This document shows positions 30,216 to 40,963 of a DNA stretch of 64,000 nt, in pieces. The notes below the pieces were generated by a model, which had not been told where the DNA came from, searched no databases, and saw only the letters and a program-made list of their open reading frames with translations. Made by a program: the position numbers and the translations under genes. How positions within the stretch are numbered: position 1 is the stretch's first letter; each line of letters opens with the position of its first letter. Origin of the DNA: an uncultured Methanoregulaceae archaeon (GTDB taxonomy: Archaea; Halobacteriota; Methanomicrobia; Methanomicrobiales; Methanospirillaceae); the NCBI GenBank assembly GCA_963737635.1, contig CAVTTL010000001.1:1408001-1472000 (forward strand). The letters run 5' to 3'.

Positions 30216-30512
30216 ATGAAGACACTACAGTTTCAGCGGGATACTTCAAAAAACCGGGTCGGTGTAGAATGTGCCACGGGTAACGTATCCGTATACAGTG
30301 CCTGCGCTTACTGCAGGCACTGTCAAGGCGTTCGTGTGGGTAACCGTCTGGCTCCATCCCCTCAGATAAAAGCGCTTAACGACTTGCGTCATCTCGGTGT
30401 CTCCGATGAAACACTTATGAATGCTGCAATGATGTTCAATGCTTTGGTTCGGGACGGTTCTGCTATAGAATGCGACGACGACAAAAACGAAGGTTTTCAG
30501 AAATTATATTGA
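30216..30512 (+). CDS. Small Cys-rich hypothetical protein
   Basis: 98 aa with C...CAYCRHC...C; divergent from tuf. Confidence 0.6.
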   Translation: MKTLQFQRDTSKNRVGVECATGNVSVYSACAYCRHCQGVRVGNRLAPSPQIKALNDLRHLGVSDETLMNAAMMFNALVRDGSAIECDDDKNEGFQKLY

Positions 30513-30636
30513 ATGCCATTTGAAGGAACGATTCCAGAAATATCCTTTTTGTATTTTTATCTGCGGTTTTTCAAAGTTGCTGATCATTCGGATCCTTATA
30601 ACAGCCCTCTTTTCATGAGGAGGAAAATACGCGAAG

Positions 30637-31353
30637 TTATAGAAGTGCCAATGCAACAATAACGAGCGCCCGGGTAATTTCATTAGCAGCACCGACGACA
30701 TCCCCATTAATGCCACCAAATATTTTTTTGGATATGACAAGGAGAGTGAAAGGACACAGGATCATGATTATCCCTGAGATCGCCAGCTGGAAAGGGGATA
30801 CCGGGAGGAAAATAAGGGGAATGCACAGAAGGAGCGACAGAAAGGGGAAATATGGCTTTGCAAACTGATGGAGATAACTATGCATTCCCTCTTTGAAGGG
30901 TGTCCCATATACAGTTAGGAAAACCATCGAGAATTTCGCACAAACTTCTCCCATGATCAGCGCAGCAATAAGGGATGAGGCTGCCTGGAGGCCGGCAAAA
31001 AGCAGAAGAGTGATAATGAGTCCGGTTGCTATTCCTCCGGCACCCACGTAACGATCAGTAAGTGCACATATTCTTTTCTCCTGATTTCCCTGTGCCATCA
31101 AACCGTCGCCAAAATCGAGCAGGCCGTCGAAGTGATGAGCACCGGACAGGACGATGACTCCTGCAACAGCAATAGCGGCGGCCAGTATCTTATCGGTAAT
31201 AAAAAATATGGGAATTGCGACCAGAAATGCAATAATATACCCCGCGATCGGGTAAAGCCAAGAATATCGCGCAAAATGATCAAAATCCTGCGGCTTTCCC
31301 AATGGGAGTATGGTAGTGAACTGCAAGAGTGACAAAACGGATTTCATACGCAT
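30637..31353 (-). CDS. cobS: Adenosylcobinamide-GDP ribazoletransferase
   Basis: F.T.LP, HFDGLLDFGDG and GGINGDVVGA motifs. Confidence 0.9.
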   Translation of the reverse strand: MRMKSVLSLLQFTTILPLGKPQDFDHFARYSWLYPIAGYIIAFLVAIPIFFITDKILAAAIAVAGVIVLSGAHHFDGLLDFGDGLMAQGNQEKRICALTDRYVGAGGIATGLIITLLLFAGLQAASSLIAALIMGEVCAKFSMVFLTVYGTPFKEGMHSYLHQFAKPYFPFLSLLLCIPLIFLPVSPFQLAISGIIMILCPFTLLVISKKIFGGINGDVVGAANEITRALVIVALALL

Positions 31354-31778
31354 TCACTATACAGGCGAGATGTACACCCTGCAATCAAACCCGCGACGGC
31401 GTCGTCAAGAAAGGGGCCAAGGGTTCCAAGGATACCAGGTTTTTTCTGGTCGTACCGGGTAAACTCGAACCGCGCATATGTTCCGCCAATGCATTCAGCA
31501 ATCGCCATGCCAATAATCTCATCGCTTAATAAGAAAACCGGATCTTCGGCGATCTCGGAATTTTTGCGTTTTTCATAGAGCTCTTCTTCAAGCAGAACTG
31601 CGCTCAGGAGCAGAGAAGAGACATTGGGGTCCTGAAGACATTTCTGTATTTTTCTTCTGATATTTTCAGAAGCTGACTCTTCAGACATCCCGTGGGAAAC
31701 GTAAAGGCCCATCGCCGCGTCGACCATGGCATCGAGAGTAATTCCTTTTTTTTCCAATCGATCTTCGATCTCAAACAT
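31344..31778 (-). CDS. cobZ: Alpha-ribazole phosphatase CobZ-like (PgpA fold)
   Basis: DPNV, DPV.L.SDE.IG and RYD.KKPG...LDD motifs; lies between cobS and cobT. Confidence 0.7.
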   Translation of the reverse strand: MFEIEDRLEKKGITLDAMVDAAMGLYVSHGMSEESASENIRRKIQKCLQDPNVSSLLLSAVLLEEELYEKRKNSEIAEDPVFLLSDEIIGMAIAECIGGTYARFEFTRYDQKKPGILGTLGPFLDDAVAGLIAGCTSRLYSECV

Positions 31779-31879
31779 TTCAAAAATTTAATGGGGGACT
31801 CTCCTATTATAGGGTTATGAAACAATGTGCCGATATATTCAAAGCCCATGGGCAAAAGATGATTATAACCTGAGTATAC

Positions 31880-32890
31880 ATGCCATTTCTTGTCGGAACG
31901 CCAGAACTCCGTTGTGAAAAACCCGTTTTCTGTATAATCCTTGGAAACACCCTGATCTCTACTATTCCCGGCATATCAGGTGCGGGCCCGACACCTGAAA
32001 AAACACTCCTGACTCCAAACTTGGACGCCGAACTTGTTATGACCGGTCGCATCACCAGCCTGCCTATCAAGCCCAATACACCAACCGGTTGCCCTACACC
32101 AGCCTTTATTACGCGTGCGATGATGGAGCTGACCGGTATCCCCCCTCTTTTTATCAATGCCGGGCTTAAATACCCACTTACTGTTCCATATCTCGATGCC
32201 TTGGGGGAGGTTGGGAACGATCCGCGGATCGGCGATGCTGTGCCGCTTGCAAAAAAACTCTTTTCCCATGGGCAGGAGATCGGAAAACTCCTTTCGCGAT
32301 CAGGAGACTTGCTTGTTTTAGGTGAATGTGTGCCCGGCGGAACGACGACCGCACTCTGTGTCCTCCGTGCTCTAGGATACCCAGCTATCGTCAGTAGTAG
32401 TTTCGTCCGGAACCCTGTTGACCAGAAAGAGGCGATCTGTCAGGAAGTGTTAACCGGTATTCCCTATGAGATGCTACAGGACCCCCTTGAAATAATCAAA
32501 CATGTCGGAGATCCGATGATTCCGGTTGCGGCGGGTATTGCCCACACGTACACCGGTTCGCTTGTACTTGCCGGGGGAACCCAGATGCTCGCAGTATGTG
32601 CCGTGATCAAAGCGATGAATGGACCCATCCCTGCAATTGCGACGACGGCATTTGTCCGCGACGACCGCACCGCAAACGTGAAGGAACTTGCTGCGATGAT
32701 AGGAGTATCGATGTATTATGTTGACCCGGGATTTGGCGAACTTGGCCATGAGGGTCTTGCCCGTTACTGCACAGGAGAGGTAAAAGAAGGGACCGGCGCC
32801 GGGGGAGCAATGTTCATGGCGTCTCTCATGGGTTTTACGCCGGAACAGGTGCAGAAGAAAATTTTTGAGACGATTCAAGCGCACAGCTGA
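31880..32890 (-). CDS. cobT: Nicotinate-mononucleotide-dependent phosphoribosyltransferase CobT (archaeal type)
   Basis: PGISGAG, GECVPGGTTTA, LAGGTQM and VKEG.GAGG motifs. Confidence 0.85.
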
Positions 32891-32929
32891 ACAGGCTTAA
32901 TAATCCTTTTATCATAAAGATCTGTAACA

Positions 32930-33484
32930 ATGCTTCCCATCTGCGTAGTCAACAATTATGGGCAGTTTAACCATCTTATCCACCGGGCCTTGAGAGATCT
33001 GGATATCGAAGTGATGCTCATTCCTAATACAACCCCCGGAGAGGACGTCGCCGCCGGGTATCGGGGAATTATCCTTGGAGGCGGGCCTGCGATAGAGCGT
33101 GCCGGGGCATGTGATGAGTACCTGGATCTCGGGTTACCAGTTCTGGGGATCTGCCTTGGTCTTCATATCATAGCAAAAAAATTTGGCGGGGAGATTCATC
33201 CGGGAAAGTCCGGGGGATATGGATCGGTTGAGGTTGCCATTCGTGATCATGATGATATCCTTACAGGATATCCTGAAAAAATTCCGGTCTGGGCATCGCA
33301 TGCCGATGAAGTCAGCAAAATGCCGGAGGGATTTACCCTCCTTGCCAGTTCCGGTATCTGTGAGGTGGAGGCCATTGCGTGCCCCCGGAAAAAGATTTAC
33401 GGGCTCCAGTGGCATCCTGAGGTCAGCCATACGGCGGATGGGAAACGGATTTACCAGAATTTTGACGCGATCTGTAGAGAATAG
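32930..33484 (+). CDS. guaAA: GMP synthase subunit A (glutamine amidotransferase)
   Basis: GQFNHLI, PVLGICLG, SHADEV and QWHPEV motifs. Confidence 0.9.
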   Translation: MLPICVVNNYGQFNHLIHRALRDLDIEVMLIPNTTPGEDVAAGYRGIILGGGPAIERAGACDEYLDLGLPVLGICLGLHIIAKKFGGEIHPGKSGGYGSVEVAIRDHDDILTGYPEKIPVWASHADEVSKMPEGFTLLASSGICEVEAIACPRKKIYGLQWHPEVSHTADGKRIYQNFDAICRE

Positions 33485-33551
33485 GGCGTCCTCCTTTTGC
33501 CGAATGAGTCCGAAGCGCCACTTTTTTTAGGAGTAAAGCAGAATTGAAGAT

Positions 33552-34600
33552 ATGTTAACCGACTTAAGAATGCGGCATGGGATGGTGATCATATGTTTAT
33601 GTCTCCTCGCTATTCCGGTAATGGCAGGGGCGTACACAACCATCCAGCAAGGTGGTACGGTTTACATTGGTGAACAGAGTCTCGATGTTACTGCAGCTCT
33701 TGGAGGCGATTCCGAAATCGGCTGGTGGGCATCCGGTGCTGCTATTGCTACCAGTTCACCGGATTACCAGATGCCGGTATCCACTCCTTCGAATTTTTAT
33801 GTATCACCTTCACCATTTGGACAATACATCGGTACGTGGTACCGGCTTAATGCCCAAGGAAAGCCGGATGGCACGGCATTCATCGTAGCTGATCCATCAT
33901 TGGCCATTAGGGTGGTTGATACAACGATCAATCTTGATGTGACCAATAAATGGATACCGCGTGGAGATCAGGCTGCATTTAGAATAGATACCAATCTGAA
34001 TCAGATATTTTCTCGGGGCAGTTCCTCGACCGAAGGTATTACTATTTACGTCCAACCCCCAACAGGGGGGACATATTCCGCACTCATCGATAGTTCAGGA
34101 ACATTGCATTCACTTGATAATCTCGTTATTACAGTTCCTTCGTATCAGACACCTTGGAGCTGGGATACCGGTAATTCCCAGTATGCCGCAGGAACGTATG
34201 TCATCTGGGCGAAGTGCGATATAAACGGCATGTACGATAATTATGGGATACCCGGTAAAACGATAAGCCAGCAGACCACTCTTCTCGATCAGGAACAGAA
34301 TCCGCTGATCTCGGTAAACGTACCCACAACGATAGCAACAACTCAGGGTATCCTGTACAAACGACCTATTCTCTCACTCCCACGACTTTGAGTACTTATG
34401 TGCCCACCGTAACAGCTACACCGTCGGCAACACCTAGTACTCCGGTCCCCACTGTGACGACAACCACCGTTCCTACAGTCACCACGTCAATTAGTCCTGT
34501 AGAAACAACTCCTTCGAAATCTGCTGGTTTTGGTGCGACCTTGGCACTAGTGTCGGTCTGTGCTGCATTGGCTTTAATTATCCTCAAAAGACCGCAGTAA
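33552..34600 (+). CDS. Surface glycoprotein (DUF3821-like) with Thr-rich linker and PGF-CTERM-like anchor, frameshift near 34350
   Basis: Signal peptide and GGTVYIGEQ.LDV; second frame gives a T/P-rich linker then AGF, a TM segment and KR. Confidence 0.7.
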
Positions 34601-34651
34601 TCAATTCCCATTCCATAACCTTTTTATCCGCCGTTTCTCCATATCCGGTGT

Positions 34652-35159
34652 ATGAATGTCGTAACCGCGGTCATCAAAGGACGGCACAGCGTTCGGAAAT
34701 TCAAGCCCGATCCGATCGATGAATCTTTTATTCATGACGCCATCGAATGTGCGGTTCATGCCCCGACAGCCATGAATCTGCAACCGTGGCTTATTGGTAC
34801 CGTACGGTCGAAAGAATTGCTTGAAAAAATCGCAGCTCTCACCGATCATGGAAAATTCGTAGCAGATGCCGCAGTCTGTTTCGCAATTTTTGGCGAACGC
34901 AATGCAAAATATTATCTGGAAGATTGTTGCGCAGCGACAGAAAATCTTATTCTTGGTCTCCAGGCCTATGGGGTAGGCACCTGCTGGGTGGCTGGCGATA
35001 AAAAAGAGTATGCGGAAGAGTCTACGAAAGATCCTGAATGTTCCAGAGAAATTCACTCTGGTCGCGCTGGTTCCCGCGGGATTACCTCTGGAAATCATTC
35101 CTGCCCCAAAGAAAGAGACAAAGAATGTGATATTTTCTGATATTTTCAGGAAAAATTAA
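34652..35159 (+). CDS. Nitroreductase family protein (frameshift near 35020)
   Basis: RHSVRKF, APTAMNLQPW and G.GTCW motifs; the C-terminus continues in another frame to TAA at 35159. Confidence 0.8.
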
Positions 35160-35251
35160 TTTCAGCAAATCTTTTTTGTTTATTCTCCTGCTGATCCGCG
35201 ACGGATCTGTTCCCGCAATGATTAAACATCCCTCACATCCCATCATAACTC

Positions 35252-36537
35252 ATGAAAAAAGTAGTCCTGCAGGTTGCGCTGGATCTCCTCGAACTTAATC
35301 GGGCTGTGCAAATCGCAAAAGAGGCACTCGCCGGTGGAGCGGACTGGATTGAAGCCGGTACACCGCTTATCAAGAGCGAGGGAATGCAGGCTATTCGAAC
35401 TCTACGTGAGCAGTTCCCGACTGCGGTTGTTGTGGCAGATATGAAAATTGCTGATACGGGAACTATGGAGGTTGAGATGGCTGCAAAGGCCGGGGCTAGT
35501 ATAGTCTGTATTCTTGCCGATGCCGATGATGCAGTCATCTCAGAAGCGGTCCGGGCGAGCCGGTTATACGGAACCCGGCTGATGGCAGATCTTATCAATG
35601 TCCAGAACCCTGTGAAACGTGCCAAGGAACTGGAATCTCTCGGGGTGGACATCATTGCCGCCCATATTGGTATCGATCAGCAGATGATCGGAAAAAACTC
35701 ACTGGATCTTCTCCGAGCCCTTCAAGGAGAAATTCATATACCCCTCGCGGTAGCCGGTGGGCTCGATGCAGCTACCGCGGGGGATGCGGTGAAACAGGGT
35801 GCTGATATCGTAATTGTCGGTGGGTGGATTGTCCGTTCTGCCGATGTCACAGGTTCGACTCAAGTGATCCGCAAATCTCTTGATTCGCCATCACTAGCAA
35901 CGCCGGAAAAAAGAATACCGGTGATGAAATCCATTCGCTCCTGATGCAGGTTTCCACACCTAACATTAGTGATGCGATGCACCGGAAAGGGGCACTTCCG
36001 GGACTCGTCTCGCTCTGTGGCAATGTAAAAATGGCAGGGAAGGCAATAACCGTTCGCACCGTTGCCGGAGATTGGGCAAAACCCGTTGAAGCAATTGAAA
36101 TTGCCGATCGTGGCAGTGTCCTTGTGATCAATAATGATAACTGCGTCGACGTGGCCCCGTGGGGAGAACTCGCAACGTTAAGCTGTATCCAAAAGGGCAT
36201 TGCCGGTGTTGTGATCGATGGGGCTGTTCGGGATATTGATGACATCCGCATGATGAAGTTTCCCCTGTTTGCTCGTGCTGTCGTGCCTAATGCAGGAGAA
36301 CCCAAGGGATTTGGAGAGATCAATGCGGAGATCCGGTGTTGTGGGCAGACTATTCGTCCCGGTGATTGGATTGTCGGGGATGAAAGTGGTGTTGTAGCGA
36401 TTCCTAGTGAGCGTGCCTATGAAGTTGCTCGCCGGGCACTTGAAGTCAAAAAAACTGAAGCAAGGATTCGTGAAGAGATCCGCCGGGGCAGTACATTATC
36501 TGAAGTATCAGAACTGATAAAATGGGAAAAGAAATGA
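35252..36537 (+). CDS. hps: 3-hexulose-6-phosphate synthase fused to an RraA-like domain (frameshift near 35910)
   Basis: [20 protein letters not shown] and AVAGG; RraA part [18 protein letters not shown] and GDESGV. Confidence 0.85.
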
Positions 36538-36545
36538 TACTGGAT

Positions 36546-36980
36546 CTAATGAAAGACTGAATACTCCAACAGGGATGCCCCGGATGACAGTATTTTTTCG
36601 ATTGCATCATCTATCTGATCTACGCGAAGGATGAGGACTGCGGCTTTTTTCCCCGAATAGGCATAGGAATATTCAATGTTTATGTCGGCGTCACCCAGAA
36701 CTTTTGCGATCTCAAAAAGCCCCCCGGGCTGGTCTTTCATCTGGACAGCGATTACGTCGGTAAAGGCCACATTAAAACCAAGCGATGACAGTTTTTCATA
36801 TGCCTTTTCAGGACGATCAACCAATGCCCGGATTACGCCAAATCCATTTGCTTCAGCAATACTGAACGCAAGGATATTGATCTTCTCCTCTCCCAAAGCG
36901 TGGGCCACAGATGCCAGCCTGCCAGGGCGGTTTTCCGAAAAGATCGAGATCTGTTTAATGACGTACTTTTTCCTGTCCAT
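36546..36980 (-). CDS. ACT-domain protein
   Basis: KQISIFSENRPGRL, D.PGGL and INIEY.Y motifs; typical neighbour of paaK. Confidence 0.85.
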   Translation of the reverse strand: MDRKKYVIKQISIFSENRPGRLASVAHALGEEKINILAFSIAEANGFGVIRALVDRPEKAYEKLSSLGFNVAFTDVIAVQMKDQPGGLFEIAKVLGDADINIEYSYAYSGKKAAVLILRVDQIDDAIEKILSSGASLLEYSVFH

Positions 36981-36981
36981 C

Positions 36982-38253
36982 TTATAGCACCCTCTTATCG
37001 ATCACTTTCTTTGACTTACCTTCAAACCGTGGTAATGATCCCGGCTCTACAAGTTCAACGTCCACAGCAACATTCAACGCATTCCTGAGCCGGTGTTCAA
37101 CATTCTGTCGGATCTGCATGAGGTCAGTAATCTTGTCGCTGAAAGATTCTTTTGTTAATTCGATCCTCACAAGGATGTCATCTAATGTTCCCGAACGGTC
37201 GACGACGATCTGGAAATGCTGGCCGACCTCAGGAATTGTCATAAGGGTGTATTCTACTTGTGAAGGGAATACATTAATCCCACGGATGATCAGCATATCG
37301 TCTACTCTTCCCTGAATCCGTTTGATTCGCGGGCTTGTCCTGCCACATGGGCATGTGTCCTCGTCGACAGATGAGATGTCTCCGATGCGGTAACGGATCA
37401 TGGGGAGAGCTTCCTTCTGGAGCATCGTGATGGTTAATTCGCCTTTCTCCCCGGGACCGAGTTGCTCACCGGTCTTTGGATCGATTGCTTCTACATAGGC
37501 AATATCTGACCAGATATGAAAACCGTTTTGTTCAGAGCACTCGGTAAACATTGGCCCGGAGAGTTCGCTTGTTCCATAAATATCGTAAGCTTTGATGCCC
37601 AGCCAGTTTTCTATTCTGGTACGCATTCCTTCAGTCCAGGGCTCGGCGCCAAGAATTCCTGCTTTAAGACGGGTCTCCTTTTTAATGTCGATGCCCATCT
37701 TTTCTGCAACTTCCCCAATATGGAGAAGATAGGAAGGAGTGCAGGCAATTGCAGTCGCTCCGAGATCCTGCATTAATTCAATCTGGCGCTCGGTGTTCCC
37801 GACACTTGTCGGAAGCACAGTTGCCCCAATCCGCTCTGCCCCGTAGTGCATACCGAGGCCACCGGTAAATAAACCGTACCCATAACTGACCTGGATGACG
37901 TCACCCCTCCCAAGGCCAATTGAGGTGAGTCCCCGGGCGAGCGAAGAGGTCCAAAGATCCAGATCCTTTTGGGTGTATCCGACCACAGTTGGTTTACCGG
38001 TCGTTCCGGAGGAAACATGGTATCGTACAGGCTCATCCTGGGGGGCTGTAAATATCTTGTTTGGATAATTGTCCCGGAGATCCCCTTTGAACATGAAGGG
38101 GAGTTTTTTGATATCAGATAAATCCTTTATATTATCGGGATGGATTTGCTGCGCTTTCATACGATCGTGATAAAACGACGAAAAACTGTAGAGTCTGCAT
38201 ACGAGACTTTTTAATAATTTATATTGGATCTTCCGGAGATCTGCCTCCGGCAT
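36982..38253 (-). CDS. paaK: Phenylacetate-CoA ligase family protein
   Basis: SSGTTGKP, YGLFTGG, YGTSE, RYRIGD and GRVDDMLIIRGINVFP motifs; true start probably near 38285. Confidence 0.85.
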   Translation of the reverse strand: MPEADLRKIQYKLLKSLVCRLYSFSSFYHDRMKAQQIHPDNIKDLSDIKKLPFMFKGDLRDNYPNKIFTAPQDEPVRYHVSSGTTGKPTVVGYTQKDLDLWTSSLARGLTSIGLGRGDVIQVSYGYGLFTGGLGMHYGAERIGATVLPTSVGNTERQIELMQDLGATAIACTPSYLLHIGEVAEKMGIDIKKETRLKAGILGAEPWTEGMRTRIENWLGIKAYDIYGTSELSGPMFTECSEQNGFHIWSDIAYVEAIDPKTGEQLGPGEKGELTITMLQKEALPMIRYRIGDISSVDEDTCPCGRTSPRIKRIQGRVDDMLIIRGINVFPSQVEYTLMTIPEVGQHFQIVVDRSGTLDDILVRIELTKESFSDKITDLMQIRQNVEHRLRNALNVAVDVELVEPGSLPRFEGKSKKVIDKRVL

Positions 38254-38284
38254 CTCTTCTATTCTCGGATCCCAGGTACCTGCA

Positions 38285-39583
38285 TCAGATGTCTCCCCGT
38301 CGATCGATTACCCGTTTGGCTTTTCCTTCAAATCTGGGTAGCGAACCCGGTTCTACCAGTCTGACCGTTGTACGCAATTCAAGGGTATCATGCAGTTCCT
38401 TGACCACGGTTTTCTGGATTCTGGCAAGATCTGCCAGTTCTCCACTAAAATAGTTTCTATTGATCTCAACTTCTACAGTCATCTCATCAAGGTGATTAAT
38501 TCTGTCTATATAGACCATAAACTGATTGCCAACTTCCGGAATCCGAAGCAACACGTGCTCTATCTGGGATGGAAAGACATTGATACCCCGGATAATCAGC
38601 ATATCGTCGCTTCTTCCGCTTAGGCGTGCAATCTTTTTACCCCTGCTGCAGAGACACCCGTCTTCCATAAGCATGGTAACATCACCGGTTCTGTAACGTA
38701 CGAGTGGCATTGCCTCCTTTACCAGCGGTGTTATGACCATTTCGCCTCGTTCGCCATCGGAAAGGCATTCTCCGGTCTTTGGATCGATAATTTCTACAAG
38801 GTAGCTGTCATGCCAGATATGCAGGCCATCACGTTCGGGACATTCAAAGGCAACCCCGGGTCCAAAAAGCTCGCTCATACCATACGAATCATATGCCGTA
38901 AGACCGAGTCGATCTTCAAGGGTCGTCCTCATCGTAGCTGACCAGGGCTCAGCACCGAAAATACCCGTTTTCAGACTTGTGAGCGGCTCGCCCATCTCTT
39001 CAGCAACTTCTGACAGGTGCATCGCATAACTTGGTGTGCAATGAATAGCAGTAACTCCAAAATCGCGGATCATTTCGATCTGGCGTCGAGTATTTCCCGT
39101 CGCACTTGGGATGACCGTCATCCCTATCAGTTCTGCTCCGTAGTGAAAGCCTAATCCCCCGGTGAACATCCCGTAATTGACCATATTCTGGAAAATATCG
39201 TTTTCACCGATTCCGATCATGGTCATATTGCGGGCGATAAGATTTGCCCAGGTATCGAGATCCTTGCGGGTATATCCTACGACGGTAGGTTTCCCGGTAG
39301 TCCCAGATGTCGTATGGATACGCACAATTTTTTGCATAGGAACTGCAAAAAATCCGAAAGGATAGCCATCCCGGAGATCCTGTTTTTTAGTAAAGGGTAG
39401 TTTTTGGACGTCTTCGAGAGTTTCTATGTCAGCCGCAGATATCCCGGCGCCCTCGAACTGTTTCCGGTAAAATTCAACCTGTTTTACTGCGTGAAGAGTT
39501 TTTTTTAACCGCTTCAGCTGAAGAACTTTAAGTTCAGCAGGTTTTAGTGTTTCCACTTTTTTATCCCAGAACATCCGCTTCAC
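38285..39583 (-). CDS. paaK: Phenylacetate-CoA ligase family protein (second paralogue)
   Basis: TSGTTGKP, YGMSE, RYRTGD and GRSDDMLIIRGINVFP motifs. Confidence 0.85.
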   Translation of the reverse strand: MKRMFWDKKVETLKPAELKVLQLKRLKKTLHAVKQVEFYRKQFEGAGISAADIETLEDVQKLPFTKKQDLRDGYPFGFFAVPMQKIVRIHTTSGTTGKPTVVGYTRKDLDTWANLIARNMTMIGIGENDIFQNMVNYGMFTGGLGFHYGAELIGMTVIPSATGNTRRQIEMIRDFGVTAIHCTPSYAMHLSEVAEEMGEPLTSLKTGIFGAEPWSATMRTTLEDRLGLTAYDSYGMSELFGPGVAFECPERDGLHIWHDSYLVEIIDPKTGECLSDGERGEMVITPLVKEAMPLVRYRTGDVTMLMEDGCLCSRGKKIARLSGRSDDMLIIRGINVFPSQIEHVLLRIPEVGNQFMVYIDRINHLDEMTVEVEINRNYFSGELADLARIQKTVVKELHDTLELRTTVRLVEPGSLPRFEGKAKRVIDRRGDI

Positions 39584-39619
39584 CTGTTATGCTATTGCAT
39601 GACATATAGAATCTAATCT

Positions 39620-39712
39620 CCTTTATACCTCATCGTTCGTGGCCGCCACCATCATCACGGAGTATATCGCTTCAGGAAATGCCAAAGCGATGCTTTAATC
39701 AGGAGGCAAAGG
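39620..39712 (-). ncRNA. Candidate C/D-box sRNA or structured leader between paaK and cas1
   Basis: Minus strand reads CUGAUUA(C)...CUGA(D')...GUGAUGA(C')...AUGA(D) inside terminal complementarity CCUUU/AAAGG; GAAAAA-GCTATAAT promoter-like element upstream. Confidence 0.4.
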
Positions 39713-39753
39713 GCACTATGTAAATTACATTATAGCTTTTTCATGCGGCTTCT

Positions 39754-40686
39754 ATGTCACGAGCGATTCCTTGGTTGGCGGTGTATGGGTTTGGCGCTCA
39801 TATTAAGTCCACACAAAAAAAATTAATTATACTCAACAAAGGAACTGTCGAAGAATACCCGCTTGATGAAATAAAGAATCTTCTCATTGTTGGTGGACAT
39901 AACTTCAACTCGACAACCATTTCTCATCTTCTGAAAAATGGGTCGTATGTTTCGTTTTTTGAGCCTGACGGGACTCCCGTTGGAATTTTGCAGCCTTTCG
40001 GAAACTCTCCTGATAAAATAATACAGCATCTTCAGGAGGACTTACCCCGTTACCGGTTCGCGACGACAATTGCGCAGGCCTCTCTTAAATCCCGGCTTAT
40101 TGCGATCGAAAGACTTCAGGAGCAGCGGGGATCAGATATTTTGTACGAGGGAGAATTGCAGATTTTGCATGCCGCATTCAATGATCTCGAGTACCTTGTG
40201 AAACTAGATGAAATTCGTCGGCTGTCTGATCTGACGACGAATATGTATTATGAGATATTGTCGAGAGACATACCAAAATGTTTTGATTTCAGGAGAAGGA
40301 CGGTACGCCCGCAGTGCGATCCGATCAATGCTATTTTCTCTTTTGGCTATGCGATGCTTTTTGGAAATTGTGGTGTCTCCGTTATTGGAGCCCGCCTAAA
40401 CCCCGATCTCGGTCTCCTGCATGAAGGACCGGGATCGCTTGTTCGGGATTTTATCGGACCTTTTAAAGCTGAAATGATTGATCCTGTCGTATGCAGTATC
40501 GCCCGGGAAACATTGAAACCCGGGGACTTTGAACAAACGTCTTCCCGATGCATGCTTTCCGATGCGCTCATTAAAAATCTGATAGCGAATTTTAAAAAAT
40601 CGATCGATAATCAAAAACTTGACCGGCAAGTGAATAATTTTTTAAGGGCAATTCAAAAAATGGAATCTTTTACAATAATGTACTGA
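39754..40686 (+). CDS. cas1: Stand-alone Cas1 homologue (Cas1-solo), probably catalytically inactive
   Basis: Cas1 N-terminal beta domain plus FRRRT.RP.DPINA.FSFGY.ML, L.P.LGLLH and SLV.DF..PF....D motifs; no cas2 or array nearby. Confidence 0.85.
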   Translation: MSRAIPWLAVYGFGAHIKSTQKKLIILNKGTVEEYPLDEIKNLLIVGGHNFNSTTISHLLKNGSYVSFFEPDGTPVGILQPFGNSPDKIIQHLQEDLPRYRFATTIAQASLKSRLIAIERLQEQRGSDILYEGELQILHAAFNDLEYLVKLDEIRRLSDLTTNMYYEILSRDIPKCFDFRRRTVRPQCDPINAIFSFGYAMLFGNCGVSVIGARLNPDLGLLHEGPGSLVRDFIGPFKAEMIDPVVCSIARETLKPGDFEQTSSRCMLSDALIKNLIANFKKSIDNQKLDRQVNNFLRAIQKMESFTIMY

Positions 40687-40963
40687 CTCTTCCGTTGCTC
40701 TTTATGATAGAGAATTCAGAGTAAATCCGTGTCGGGGTTTCTGTAATCTGTATATCTCGTATCACTGCCCGGGGGCAACTGTAGAGCATCGAAATAAATT
40801 TCTCAAGAATTATTGGGTCGGCTGTCGCAAAAATCTGTACTTTTCCATCCGCAAGATTCATCACTGTACCAGTAACATTCAAATCCATTGCGATTTTCCT
40901 TGCACAGGCGCGAAACCCCACCTTCTGGACCCTTCCCGTAATAATAATCTCGAAGGTTTTCAT
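40670..40963 (-). CDS. Acylphosphatase-family protein (second copy)
   Basis: GRVQKVGFR and G.VMNLADGKV motifs; overlaps the cas1 3' end convergently. Confidence 0.8.
   Translation of the reverse strand: MKTFEIIITGRVQKVGFRACARKIAMDLNVTGTVMNLADGKVQIFATADPIILEKFISMLYSCPRAVIRDIQITETPTRIYSEFSIIKSNGRVSTLL

Noticed and set aside
35880-35950. Programmed frameshift between the Hps and RraA domains
   Set aside because: It falls in an A-run in a sequence with many indel errors; an in-frame fusion is the simpler explanation.
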